NCBI GenBank assembly: GCA_024697785.1
Contig: JAILEU010000137.1
Coordinates: forward strand, 5,952-69,951
DNA: 64,000 nucleotides
From: Bacteroidaceae bacterium
Lineage (GTDB): Bacteria; Bacteroidota; Bacteroidia; Bacteroidales; Bacteroidaceae
Direction: 5' to 3'
The notes beneath the pieces were generated by a model, which saw only the letters and a list, made by a program, of their open reading frames with translations, was not told the origin of the DNA and ran no database searches. Below, piece after piece: positions 17,199-26,549 of this stretch. How positions within the stretch are numbered: position 1 is the first letter of the stretch; every line of letters starts with the position of its first letter. Made by a program: the position numbers and the translations under genes.

Positions 17199-17954
17199 AT
17201 GACGAAACAGCTGTTCCACTACACCGTCGGCGAAATCACGCCACTCATCGACTGGGCTTACTTCTTCCACGCCTGGCAGGTGAAGGCCGACTCTGCCCAG
17301 GGGCGCGAGCTGAAGGACGACGCCCTCGCCCGTCTCGGCATGATGGCGGCGACCGTCGGAGCCGATGCGCTCTACTGCCGCGTGAAGGCACGCAGCGAGG
17401 GCGACAACCTGCTGCTTGACGGCAGCATACGCCTGCCTCTCCTGCGACAGCAGCATCTCGGTCAGGACGGCTTCACGCTCTGCCTGGCGGACTTTGTCAG
17501 CCCTAAGGGCAGCGATGCCGTCGGGCTCTTCGCCACCACCTGCCCGCTGCCGACGCCCGCCGCCGGCGACCCCTACGAGAGCCTGATGGTGCAGACGCTC
17601 GCCACACGCCTGGCTGAAGCGGCTGCCGAGAAGCTCGACCTCGACATCGCCGCCCGCGAGGGAAGGACGGGACAGACGGCTGCCATCAGGCCCGCTGTCG
17701 GCTACCCCTGCTTGCCCGACCTCTCGGTCATCTTCCTGCTCGACGAGCTGCTCGGCATGAACGCCATCGGCATCACCCTCACCGAGAATGGCGCCATGAG
17801 TCCCCCATCGTCGGTATGCGGGCTGATGATTGACCATCCTGCCGCACGCTATTTTGCCGTAGGCAGCATCAGTGAAGAGCAGTTCGACGACTACACCCGC
17901 CGGCGCGGCATCGAGCCCACAAGGATGAGGCAGTTCCTGCGCTCCGTGTTATAA
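17199..17954 (+). CDS. stand-alone methionine synthase (MetH) activation-domain protein
   Basis: 251-aa ORF. IDWAYFFHAWQV..., RPAVGYPCLPD and AMSPPSSVCGLMIDHPAARYF match the B12-dependent methionine synthase reactivation (AdoMet-binding) domain. Confidence 0.8.
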   Translation: MTKQLFHYTVGEITPLIDWAYFFHAWQVKADSAQGRELKDDALARLGMMAATVGADALYCRVKARSEGDNLLLDGSIRLPLLRQQHLGQDGFTLCLADFVSPKGSDAVGLFATTCPLPTPAAGDPYESLMVQTLATRLAEAAAEKLDLDIAAREGRTGQTAAIRPAVGYPCLPDLSVIFLLDELLGMNAIGITLTENGAMSPPSSVCGLMIDHPAARYFAVGSISEEQFDDYTRRRGIEPTRMRQFLRSVL

Positions 17955-17963
17955 TGCAATAAG

Positions 17964-18030
17964 TCAACTGGTCAACAAGACAACAAGACAACAAGACAAC
18001 AGGTCAACAAGACAACTGGTCATCAAGTAA
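17964..18030. repeat. tandem word repeat CAACAAGA / GGTCAACA
   Basis: caactggtcaacaagacaacaagacaacaagacaacaggtcaacaagacaactggtcatcaag. Confidence 0.9.
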
Positions 18031-18050
18031 ACAAAAAAAACGAAGAAACG

Positions 18051-18779
18051 ATGAAAGCCCTCTATCTTCTTTATCAATATGTGATTGCATTCCCCGTGAT
18101 GCTGGTGGTGTCCATCTTTTGTGCGCTGGGCGCCATCGTCTGCGGCACGCTGCTAGGCAGCGACAAGGGCTGGTGGGCAGCAAAGGTGTGGGGATGGCTC
18201 TTCTGCCGCGTCTTCCTGCTGCCGGTCAGCGTCGAGGGCGGCGAAAAGCTCCAGAAAGGTCAGGCATACATCTTCGTCGGCAACCACCAGAGCATGTTCG
18301 ACATCTTCCTGATGCTGGGCTTCTGCCCCCATACGTTCCGCTGGATGATGAAGAAAGAGCTCTCGCGCATACCCCTCATCGGCTACGCCTGTAAGTGCTG
18401 CGGCTTCATCACCATCGACAGGAGCAGCCGCACCGACATCGCCCACACGATGTCGCAGGCCGACGAGGTGCTGCGTCACAACCACTCGCTGGCGATGTTT
18501 GCCGAAGGCACGCGCACCCTCACGGGCAAGCTGGGTCCCTTCAAGCGCGGCGCCTTCAAGCTGGCCATCGAGCAGCAGCTGCCCATCGTGCCCCTCAGCA
18601 TCAACGGCTCGTATGAGGTGATGCCCAAGGGACGCTACTACGTGCGCCGCTACCCCCTGCGCCTCGTCATCCACGACCCCATCCTGCCCAACGGCGCCGA
18701 CGCCGCAGAGATGGACCGCCTCCGCACCGTCACCCGCAACGCCATCATCACCGCCCTCGACAGCCAATACTTGGATTAG
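18051..18779 (+). CDS. plsC: 1-acyl-sn-glycerol-3-phosphate acyltransferase
   Basis: 242-aa ORF with an N-terminal TM segment, the HX4D motif GNHQSMFD, FAEGTRT and PIVP blocks. Confidence 0.85.
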   Translation: MKALYLLYQYVIAFPVMLVVSIFCALGAIVCGTLLGSDKGWWAAKVWGWLFCRVFLLPVSVEGGEKLQKGQAYIFVGNHQSMFDIFLMLGFCPHTFRWMMKKELSRIPLIGYACKCCGFITIDRSSRTDIAHTMSQADEVLRHNHSLAMFAEGTRTLTGKLGPFKRGAFKLAIEQQLPIVPLSINGSYEVMPKGRYYVRRYPLRLVIHDPILPNGADAAEMDRLRTVTRNAIITALDSQYLD

Positions 18780-19220
18780 TTAAGAATTAAGAATTAAGAG
18801 CTTAAACTAGTTAAGAATTAAGAGTTAAGAAAAATTGTCCCGTACTCGGATTCTACGATTTTTCAGAACACGAAGAACTATCTTTTTTCACTACGAATTA
18901 CACGAATTTTACGAATTTTTTTCGCACACGAAGCACTTTCTTTTTTTACTACGAATTTCACGAATTATACGATTTTTCGGCTTCGCCGTTTCTGTCCTAC
19001 GATGTGCAAACCAAACGCCCCGTTCAGCGTGCGAAGCTATCGCCGCAGGGAATAATTCGTATAATTCGTAAAATTCGTAGTGAAATAAAGCATACGGCGT
19101 GCGAAGCTATCGCCGCAGGGAATTCGTATAATTCGTAAAATTCGTAGTGAAAAAAAGTTAGCAGTTCGCAGAGCTATTTTTCTTAGCTCTTAACTTGTTT
19201 AAGCTCTTAATTCTTAACTC
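18779..19220. repeat. about 440-bp nested palindrome filling the whole plsC / lipoprotein convergent spacer
   Basis: Outer arms are GTTAAGAATTAAGAGCTTAAAC words (18779-18834) against their complement (19176-19220). Inner arms are CACTACGAATT..ACGAATT (18886-18975) against two about 60-bp direct units gcgtgcgaagctatcgccgcaggg..aattcgtataattcgtaaaattcgtagtg (19027-19155). Confidence 0.9.
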
Positions 19221-19222
19221 GT

Positions 19223-19795
19223 TTAATGCGGAGAACTGAAGGCGATGAGATGGTCGCGTATGAAGGGCGTTAGGTTGTGCAGGAGGAGGTCCATCGAGTC
19301 GGTGATGACACTATAGACGGAATCGACGTAGTGGTGTACGGCATCGGTGCTTGCGCCGTCCATAATCATCTGCGACTCGGTGTGTCCCAGCTCCGTCACC
19401 CGCGTCTGCAGTTCGTTGCGACGACCCAGGAAGTCATAGAGCTCGTTGTTGAGCCGTGTGCCCGAGGCGCTGAGCGATAGCGACGAGATGTTGACGTGCA
19501 GGATGCCCGGCTCGATGATGATGGGCATCACGGGGATGTCGTCCAGAAACAGCGTAGCAAAGACGACCGAGTCCATACGGCCTTTCATCACAAACATGCC
19601 GTGCGTCACCTCGCACGAGTCGAGCGACGTCCACTGATAGCGTCCCGTCAGCACCTTGAGGGCTATGGAGCTGCCTTGAAAGACTGAAGCATCCGTCGTT
19701 CCCTTAACGATGTAGTTGTGCTGGCATGAGGACGTCAGCATCAGCAACGCCGACAGCCACAGAACGACAACAGGCAGTTTGTTTATACTTTGCAT
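19223..19795 (-). CDS. lipoprotein, DUF4369-like
   Basis: Lipobox LMLTSSC after MQSINKLPVVVLWLSA. YIVKGT...LDSCEVTHGMFVMKG resembles the DUF4369 beta-domain; the family name is from recollection only. Confidence 0.5.
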   Translation of the reverse strand: MQSINKLPVVVLWLSALLMLTSSCQHNYIVKGTTDASVFQGSSIALKVLTGRYQWTSLDSCEVTHGMFVMKGRMDSVVFATLFLDDIPVMPIIIEPGILHVNISSLSLSASGTRLNNELYDFLGRRNELQTRVTELGHTESQMIMDGASTDAVHHYVDSVYSVITDSMDLLLHNLTPFIRDHLIAFSSPH

Positions 19796-19830
19796 AGCTT
19801 TGTAAGTGCACATCGCACGTAAATACGATG

Positions 19831-19838
19831 CAAAAATA
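19831..19838 (-). promoter_or_regulatory. -7 box TATTTTTG upstream of lipoprotein gene
   Basis: Minus-strand TAnnTTTG 36 nt upstream of ATG 19795. Confidence 0.4.
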
Positions 19839-19898
19839 AAACGTTCCTGCGAGACACAGAAACGTTTTATCTTTATTTAAAGTATAAACGGGGGTTTT

Positions 19899-20321
19899 TT
19901 ACTTTTTTTGACTTCCGCCGGAGGCTTTCTCCAGCTCATGCGGAATGCGGAACGACGTGTAGAGCTCGATGACCGCAGCGACGAGCAGGCATACGACCCA
20001 CTCGTTGTGGCTGAGGGTGAGCATCAGCACGCCCGTTGCCACCAGGAGGAGCGACGCCAACATCTGCTGACGGCGCAAACGCCTGACGACAAAGCTGTCG
20101 CCCGTGTACTTGTCGGCCAGCTGCGCACCGCCGAAGAGGAGCGCACCAGCAATGAATAGCCACGAGGATCCCGCCCAGCGGGTGACGTAGAGCAGCGCTC
20201 CGGCCACCATCAGGAGACCGCCCACAACGTAGGCCATCTGCCTGACCGGCTTGCTGTACACAGGGGATGAGTTTGACTTTTTCATTGTGGATGGTCGGGG
20301 GCGTAACGTCGGTGTCGTCAT
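19899..20321 (-). CDS. small integral membrane protein
   Basis: 140-aa ORF with 4 predicted TM helices. Its ATG overlaps the upstream stop as ATGA (20318-20321), suggesting translational coupling with the FtsB-like gene. Confidence 0.6.
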   Translation of the reverse strand: MTTPTLRPRPSTMKKSNSSPVYSKPVRQMAYVVGGLLMVAGALLYVTRWAGSSWLFIAGALLFGGAQLADKYTGDSFVVRRLRRQQMLASLLLVATGVLMLTLSHNEWVVCLLVAAVIELYTSFRIPHELEKASGGSQKK

Positions 20322-20617
20322 TTGCGGATGATAAAGACGTCCTCGCCAGCCTCATGCATGCCGTACTGCTCGCGGGCAATCTTCTCGAGCGACTTGCCGT
20401 CGGTCTCGAGAGCTTTCAGCTCGCCCCACAGCGAGTCGCAGGCATCCTGATAGTCGTCGCGCTGAGCCGTCAGACGGTTGATTTCAACGCGGTTCCTGAG
20501 GCGTACAAGCAGGTTGTTGCTGTCGAGGAAGCAGACGATGGCCAGAAAGGCAAGCACCGTGATGAGGTACTTGTGGCGGCCGACATAGTGCCAGAGCTGG
20601 CTGAGGAAGGTCTTCAT
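20318..20617 (-). CDS. septum formation initiator (FtsB/DivIC-like)
   Basis: 99-aa ORF with one N-terminal TM helix, then a coiled coil and a ...EKIAREQYGMHEAGEDVF tail typical of this family. Confidence 0.7.
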   Translation of the reverse strand: MKTFLSQLWHYVGRHKYLITVLAFLAIVCFLDSNNLLVRLRNRVEINRLTAQRDDYQDACDSLWGELKALETDGKSLEKIAREQYGMHEAGEDVFIIRK

Positions 20618-20632
20618 CGGGCGTTGCGTTTT

Positions 20633-21643
20633 TTACATTTCGTTGCCGACCTTGCGGGCGCGGGTGGGCTTATCGAGGTTGATGCCGTCGCTGACGCCGA
20701 CCTCAACCAGCAGGTTCCAACCAGCGCAGAGATAGACGTAGGGCTGCAGCTCGCCGGCATCGGGGACGATGACGGTCTTGGCGAACGGCGTCTTCTTGGT
20801 GTCGATGGCTACGACGTGCACGCCGGCGTTCTTGAAGACGGTGAGGAACTTGTCGTACTCGTTCTCGATGGGAGCCACGACAAAGACGATGTCGCCTTCC
20901 TGCATGACCTCTTCGATGCCGTGCACGGCGTAGGTGCCCTCGAGGAAGTCGCTCTTGCGGCGGGTGATCTCGTTGGTCTTGAGGGTGAGTTCCTCAGCGA
21001 CGCCGTCGTTCATGCCGCAGAAGTAGATGGTGTGAGCGCCTTTCACCCACTCGACGATTTCGGGATCGACGGGCAGCGTCAGGGCGGTCTCGATCTTCTC
21101 GGGCAGGCCCTTCAGGGCAGCCTTCATGTCCTTGCCGGCCACGTTCCAGACGACGCTCTCGCAGAACAGCGCCTGCTCGACGACGCTCTTGGTGGCGGCG
21201 ACGGCGTTCTCCCAGCCACACTTCAGCACGTGACCCTTCACGCAAGCCTCCTCGAGGGGCGTAGCGGGGTTGGCAGAGAGGCTGAAACGGCGCTTGTTGC
21301 CCTTTGCCTTCAGGTCGAGGGCGAGCATGAGCGTCTCCTTGGTGCGGCCGCTGTTGCTGTCGAGCACGACGGCATAGTCGTCGAGCTTATACTCGCAGCA
21401 CTGGTAGCTGCCGTCGGTCTGGATGTTGACGTCGAGGCCGGCACGCATGGCCACGCGGCGGGCGTTCTTGGCCGGCATGATGCGGCTGCTGCCCTCGCCG
21501 GCGAACATCAGCTTGCGGGTTTCCTTTACGGCGTCGGCAACAAACTGGCTGTCGGCGGGGTCGAACTTACGGACGGTGTCAACCGTTCCCATCATCTCCT
21601 GCACCAGATAGTACTGGGCATATTTCTCTTCTTTAAGATTCAT
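20633..21643 (-). CDS. SIS domain sugar-phosphate isomerase/binding protein
   Basis: 336-aa ORF with two SIS-like halves. Phosphosugar loop FAGEGSSRIMP and NSGRTKET motif. Confidence 0.75.
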   Translation of the reverse strand: MNLKEEKYAQYYLVQEMMGTVDTVRKFDPADSQFVADAVKETRKLMFAGEGSSRIMPAKNARRVAMRAGLDVNIQTDGSYQCCEYKLDDYAVVLDSNSGRTKETLMLALDLKAKGNKRRFSLSANPATPLEEACVKGHVLKCGWENAVAATKSVVEQALFCESVVWNVAGKDMKAALKGLPEKIETALTLPVDPEIVEWVKGAHTIYFCGMNDGVAEELTLKTNEITRRKSDFLEGTYAVHGIEEVMQEGDIVFVVAPIENEYDKFLTVFKNAGVHVVAIDTKKTPFAKTVIVPDAGELQPYVYLCAGWNLLVEVGVSDGINLDKPTRARKVGNEM

Positions 21644-21691
21644 GATGTTGTTTTAGGTTTCTTGGTTATGGGTTAATACTTTTGATGTTTC

Positions 21692-23896
21692 TCATAGTCT
21701 CAGACGAAGGTCTTCGAGACGCTTCAAGTTGACATCTGTTTCGCGGCGAATCTGCTGCACGAAGGAGTTGTCCTCGATGGTGCCTATGGCAGCCTCCATC
21801 TCCGCCTGGTTGCGGTAGGTAGCCTGACGGTAGATGTTGTCGTAGTCCTTCTTGCGCGAGAGATAGACCTGCTCGCAGATGTACTGTTGGATGCGTTTCT
21901 CGGCGTCGATGGCCTGTTGCCAGGCGGCGCCGTCCATAGTCTCTACACCCATGACGAAGCACAGCGAGAGATAGGCATGACGAAGTTTGTCGAGGGGATA
22001 GCGCCTCCAGATGTCGTTGTAGCGTTTGTGGATGTCCTTCCAGGAAGAGAGCTTTCCGTCGCGGATGTCGGCGCGTATGCGGTCGAAGTCCGTCGTCATC
22101 ATCAGCTGTCCTCCGAGGTTGATCCACTCGCGCTGACGGCGGCTGCGAAGGAGGGTGGACATGGTCGTCAGCGTTTCACCCGGGTTGGCTTCGATGTAAC
22201 CCAGCACGTTCATCATGGCGTAATGGATGAGCATGTCGCCATAGGCGTGATAGGCCTGATAGACTTTGCGGATGCGTACGCGGCGTTTACTTTTTTCCAT
22301 GTTCTCACCGAACACTTCGAGACCGTCTATAATGGCAGGGTCACCCCCCAGCAACTCGTGGCCTTTAGCTCGCAGTTGCTTCTCGGTGTAGGTTGTGAGG
22401 TTGTTGTCATGCTGACTTATCCAGGCCTTTGCCGTCCAGATTTCGAGCAGTTTGCGACCAGCGATGGTCTCTTCCATGCTGTCGGGGGCAAAGGTCTCAA
22501 ATTCGATGTTCTGCACTTTGGTGATGCGCTTGTCGCGCGTCTGGTACTTCCACGAGTTGCGCGAGAGGGCATACATGTTGTGGAGCCACCAGAAGGCGGG
22601 CATCACCTCCAGTTCGCCCTCTTTCTCGTTGCTGCTGACGAGCGAGAAGGGCAGTTTGATGTTGAGCTCGGCGGGATAGGCGGCCTTGCTGAGCAGCGTG
22701 AACGAGGCGAAGCGGCTCGAGTGCTTGATGCTGCTGCAGAGTCCCGGCCAGAAGCCGCGCCCTGCTACCACCTCGTTGTCGTTGGTGCGGCTGTTGTGGT
22801 TGCTGCCGACGGTGGCGCCTGCCGCCATATTGCTCTGTCCCATCACCACAGCGGCCACGAGGAACGAGTTGTTGTGGTGCTGTTCGTGGGCGGGGAAGAT
22901 GAGGTTGTTGAGCACTTCGCAGCACGAGATGGTGGAGTTGTCGCCCAGAATGGAGTCGATGACGCGGGCGCCGTACTTGATGTTGCAGTTGTTGCCCAGC
23001 ACGAACTTGATGCAGGTGCATGAGTAGAACACGCGGCAGCCGTAGCCCATGATGCCGTTGACGAGGATGACGTTCTCGCCAATCTGCGAGGGTTCTTTCT
23101 CAGAGCTGTTGATGGTGATGTTCTTCAGCTTCGAGGCGCCCTTGATGTAGCAGCAGGCGCCTATCTTGACGTCCTTGATGATGCTGCTGTTCTTGATGAC
23201 GCAGCCTTCGCCGACGGTGCCGTAGTAGCCCCGATGGTGGTCGACGCTGGCCTGGGTGATCTCCTGCAGGCGTTTCTGCAGCTCGGTGTCGTCGATATAC
23301 TTGGCCCACATATAGGCGTCGGCCGTAATCATGCCGTCGAAGGGCCACACCTCGCGGCAGCCCGTCTCGTTCATCACCTGCAGCTTCACGCGGACGCTCT
23401 CGTCCTCGCCGTCCTTCACGATGCCGTTGCCGAATTTCGCGTGGTCGGTGGTGCACATCTCCTCGATGTTGAAGAGCATGGTGCGCGGGCCGATGATGTA
23501 GTGCGAGAGATAGTGGACGTCGTGGATGGCGCAGTCGTCGCCGATGTCGCAGCTGTGGATGCTGCTGTTGGTGATGCCGATGGGCAGACGCAGGTCGTGA
23601 TACTGGAGGCCGTTGGTGCTGACACGCCCGATGCGGACGGTGCCGTAGAACTTATTGCTCTTCACCATACGGGGCTCAAACTCGTCCGTCACCCAGATGG
23701 TGTCCCACGAGGTAGCCGTATTGTTGTTTTTTACGAGTCGTTCGATTTCGTCGCTGTAGAGGTGACGCCATCCCCCTTTGGGGGCTTTCACCTGTTTGTT
23801 GCGAAGATAGTACTTATCCTTGCCTGCAGGCAGGAACTCTGGGTCAATCCATCCGTTTACAAGCCGCTCTGGGGGCAAAACTGTCACTTTTTCCAT
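21692..23896 (-). CDS. left-handed beta-helix protein (DUF4954-like)
   Basis: 734-aa ORF with many hexapeptide-like turns (IGDDCAIHDV, VGEGCVIKNSSI, IGENVILVNGIMG, LGNNCNIKYGARV) and a helical C-terminal half. The family name is from recollection of Bacteroidales annotations next to SIS genes. Confidence 0.65.
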   Translation of the reverse strand: MEKVTVLPPERLVNGWIDPEFLPAGKDKYYLRNKQVKAPKGGWRHLYSDEIERLVKNNNTATSWDTIWVTDEFEPRMVKSNKFYGTVRIGRVSTNGLQYHDLRLPIGITNSSIHSCDIGDDCAIHDVHYLSHYIIGPRTMLFNIEEMCTTDHAKFGNGIVKDGEDESVRVKLQVMNETGCREVWPFDGMITADAYMWAKYIDDTELQKRLQEITQASVDHHRGYYGTVGEGCVIKNSSIIKDVKIGACCYIKGASKLKNITINSSEKEPSQIGENVILVNGIMGYGCRVFYSCTCIKFVLGNNCNIKYGARVIDSILGDNSTISCCEVLNNLIFPAHEQHHNNSFLVAAVVMGQSNMAAGATVGSNHNSRTNDNEVVAGRGFWPGLCSSIKHSSRFASFTLLSKAAYPAELNIKLPFSLVSSNEKEGELEVMPAFWWLHNMYALSRNSWKYQTRDKRITKVQNIEFETFAPDSMEETIAGRKLLEIWTAKAWISQHDNNLTTYTEKQLRAKGHELLGGDPAIIDGLEVFGENMEKSKRRVRIRKVYQAYHAYGDMLIHYAMMNVLGYIEANPGETLTTMSTLLRSRRQREWINLGGQLMMTTDFDRIRADIRDGKLSSWKDIHKRYNDIWRRYPLDKLRHAYLSLCFVMGVETMDGAAWQQAIDAEKRIQQYICEQVYLSRKKDYDNIYRQATYRNQAEMEAAIGTIEDNSFVQQIRRETDVNLKRLEDLRLRL

Positions 23897-23930
23897 AGGT
23901 TTTTGCTGTTGGTTATTACAAAATCGGCCG

Positions 23931-23938
23931 CAAAAGTA
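23931..23938 (-). promoter_or_regulatory. -7 box TACTTTTG upstream of the beta-helix/SIS/FtsB-like gene string
   Basis: Minus-strand TAnnTTTG 35 nt upstream of ATG 23896. Confidence 0.45.
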
Positions 23939-23988
23939 CTATAATCGCTACAAAAACGCAAAATATTTCGGGAAAAATTGTTTAATCC

Positions 23989-26346
23989 TCAACGGACCAT
24001 CACCTTCTTCCCATTCTGGATGTAGATGCCGCGACTGGGGGCGAGGACGCGCCGTCCGGTGAGGTCGTAAATGGCGTCTGAAGGCTGAGGGCTGACGGCT
24101 GAGGGCTGAGTGATGCCGGTGCCGTATTCGACATTCTCGACGGTGAACATGTTCGAGAAGCGGTCCGTCCATCCGTAGGCAAGGCTGTAGGCGTCGAAGA
24201 CACCCGTCGCCATGAGGACGAAGGTGCCCGGGTTGCCGTTGGCGCGAAGACCGTGGATGAGGAAGGCTCCCTCGTAGTAGCTGCCGGCGGGATAGAGGGT
24301 GATGAGGGTGAAGACGCGTCCGGCATCAGCAGCATCGTCGGGCGTGGTGAAGCCCTTGTTGTCGTTGTAGCCGTCGCGGTGTCCGCGCCATACGAGATAG
24401 CGGTCGAAGGCGGGGTTATAGAACTGATAGGTGTGCTCGGTGGTGTCGGGGATGCAGAGGAAGGCGGCTGCATCGCCCACTTCGGCAGGCGTCTGCCCAA
24501 CGGCCACAGCCAGCCCATCCTCGGTCATGTAGAGGGTGTGGGCATCGCCGTTCTGCTGATGGTTGACGAAGGCGTAGTAGGTGTCTCCGACGGGATAGGC
24601 GGTGTCGCTGCGGGTTGCACTCACCTGGCGCTCAAGGTCGTAGGCCAGCGTGTAATAGTCGTTCTCGGAGCTGTTCGGGTCGCCGAGGACGTACTTCGCC
24701 TCGCCGATGAGGTCCTCGAGGGCCTCGATGGCGGCCTCTGTGGGATAGCCGGGACGGCCAAGGGTGGAACGGAAGACTTCGGCGGCCTCTTCGGCGCTGC
24801 GGATGGCGTCGGCAAGCGTCTCAGCACCGGCAAAGACCTCTTCGGCATAGAAGGTAGAGCCGCTGTCGCGTCCGCTTGTCCAGTAAGCCAGCACGCTGCC
24901 GCGCTTATTCATGAAGACGTTCTGCCCCTCGTCGGTGGTGAAGCCGAGGTAGAAGGCGCCCTCTTTGACGTAAGGGCTGAGCTCGACGCTGAACTGCCAG
25001 ACGTCGGCTTCGCCCAGCGTACGGACATCGACCATCGTGGGCATCGTCTTGCCGCCCGTGTCGCCGTCATCGACGAAGCGGCTGCTCGACAGCACGTAGC
25101 CGAAGCCCGCGCCTCGGTTGACAAGCTGGAAGCCTTCGACGGGGTTGCCGACAAACGCCCAGCGGTAATTGGCCTTCTTGTCAACGTCGATGTCGGTGAC
25201 GTTGAGTTCGAAATGGTCGCTCTCGGGGTCGTAGGCCAGATAGCTGGCGCCGGCAATGACGAGGTGGTACCAGTGGTCGATGGACTCGAAGGAAGCCGCA
25301 TCCTCGGCATACTGGAAGGGCAGCGCCGAGGCATCGACGCTCAGCGTGACATCAATGTCGTACTTGCCGTCTTCCACCAGGCCTTCGGGTGCGTCGGCCG
25401 AGACGCCCAGCGCCATCAGGTAGCCGTTCGAGCCGGGGGCGGGATAGGGCTCGCCTTCGGGGCAGTGGAACGACTCCGTGCCGACTTCCTTGTCGTTATA
25501 ATAATAATGGTAGGTGATGTCAACAAACCACACGGCCTCTTCGTAGCTGACAGAGATTGCGCCGTCCTCGATGGTGATGACGGGGTCGAGGTGGTCGAAC
25601 TCAGGGCAGACAAAGTCCTCTTCGCTCAGCTCGGTGTCCTTGGGGAAGACGAAATAGCCGCCGTCATAGACTTTCGAAAGGCCGACGCTGTTCTCGTTGA
25701 CACATTCGACGCGCGAATACTCGATGGTCGTCTCGTGACTCTCGGCCTCGGGCAGAACTAAAGAGAGCTGATAGACATCGTAATCCTGCAGGGGGGCGGG
25801 ATAGATATTGAGCGGTTGCTGTTGGTTGCCGCTCTTGCCGACAATGTACTTGAACTCGCCATTCACTTTCGTCGATTCCCAGCAATTCTCTGCAAAAGGC
25901 AGATAGCCGAGAATGTAGACGCCTCCGCCCTCGATGTTACCCAACGTCAGATCGACAGGGGTGATGCTGGCCTTGGCCAGGAGGGTAAGATAGTGTCCGT
26001 TCTGCGTTTGGATGTTGAACTCGCCCTCCGTGTCAACAGAATGGGTGATACGCAGGAACGTACGTCCGATCTCGCCTTCAACCGGAGCGCTGAGGCCAAG
26101 CGGATAGTACTGGTTGTTGGATGCGGCACTAAACTCTTCCTTGTAACTGGTGAAGTAAGTACCCAACGCCTCTTCGTCGTCCTCCACAACAGAATTGGTG
26201 GTAAAAGCCTGTCCTTGGTAGACAATCTGGTAGTAACCATCGTGCAGTTCTTCGAAAGAGTAGATAGGGGTTTGCGCCTGCACGTGAATGTTCCCGGCGA
26301 ACAACATCGCGAGAACGGCAGTAAGCGTGTAAAAAGAATGTTTCAT
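23989..26346 (-). CDS. large secreted T9SS cargo protein, function unknown
   Basis: ATG 26346 gives the signal peptide MKHSFYTLTAVLAMLFAGNIHVQA. The C-terminus ...IYDLTGRRVLAPSRGIYIQNGKKVMVR is a T9SS CTD. A TATTTTTG box lies 46 nt upstream. Confidence 0.7.
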   Translation of the reverse strand: MKHSFYTLTAVLAMLFAGNIHVQAQTPIYSFEELHDGYYQIVYQGQAFTTNSVVEDDEEALGTYFTSYKEEFSAASNNQYYPLGLSAPVEGEIGRTFLRITHSVDTEGEFNIQTQNGHYLTLLAKASITPVDLTLGNIEGGGVYILGYLPFAENCWESTKVNGEFKYIVGKSGNQQQPLNIYPAPLQDYDVYQLSLVLPEAESHETTIEYSRVECVNENSVGLSKVYDGGYFVFPKDTELSEEDFVCPEFDHLDPVITIEDGAISVSYEEAVWFVDITYHYYYNDKEVGTESFHCPEGEPYPAPGSNGYLMALGVSADAPEGLVEDGKYDIDVTLSVDASALPFQYAEDAASFESIDHWYHLVIAGASYLAYDPESDHFELNVTDIDVDKKANYRWAFVGNPVEGFQLVNRGAGFGYVLSSSRFVDDGDTGGKTMPTMVDVRTLGEADVWQFSVELSPYVKEGAFYLGFTTDEGQNVFMNKRGSVLAYWTSGRDSGSTFYAEEVFAGAETLADAIRSAEEAAEVFRSTLGRPGYPTEAAIEALEDLIGEAKYVLGDPNSSENDYYTLAYDLERQVSATRSDTAYPVGDTYYAFVNHQQNGDAHTLYMTEDGLAVAVGQTPAEVGDAAAFLCIPDTTEHTYQFYNPAFDRYLVWRGHRDGYNDNKGFTTPDDAADAGRVFTLITLYPAGSYYEGAFLIHGLRANGNPGTFVLMATGVFDAYSLAYGWTDRFSNMFTVENVEYGTGITQPSAVSPQPSDAIYDLTGRRVLAPSRGIYIQNGKKVMVR

Positions 26347-26391
26347 GCTAGTTGGGATTAGAGGGTTAATACTTTCGATGATAATTCCTTG

Positions 26392-26399
26392 CAAAAATA
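26392..26399 (-). promoter_or_regulatory. -7 box TATTTTTG upstream of T9SS cargo gene
   Basis: Minus-strand TAnnTTTG 46 nt upstream of ATG 26346. Confidence 0.45.
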
Positions 26400-26549
26400 G
26401 CTGTTTCCGACGAAAGCAACAAATTATCGGATGCTTTTTTGGGGGAATTTAAGTATTTTATTAGAAAACCGCACGGTTTTTGGGCCGAGAATATTTTGCA
26501 GGTTCAAAAAAAAGCCTTTTCTTTGCATCAGAAAAAAAAGCCACACACC

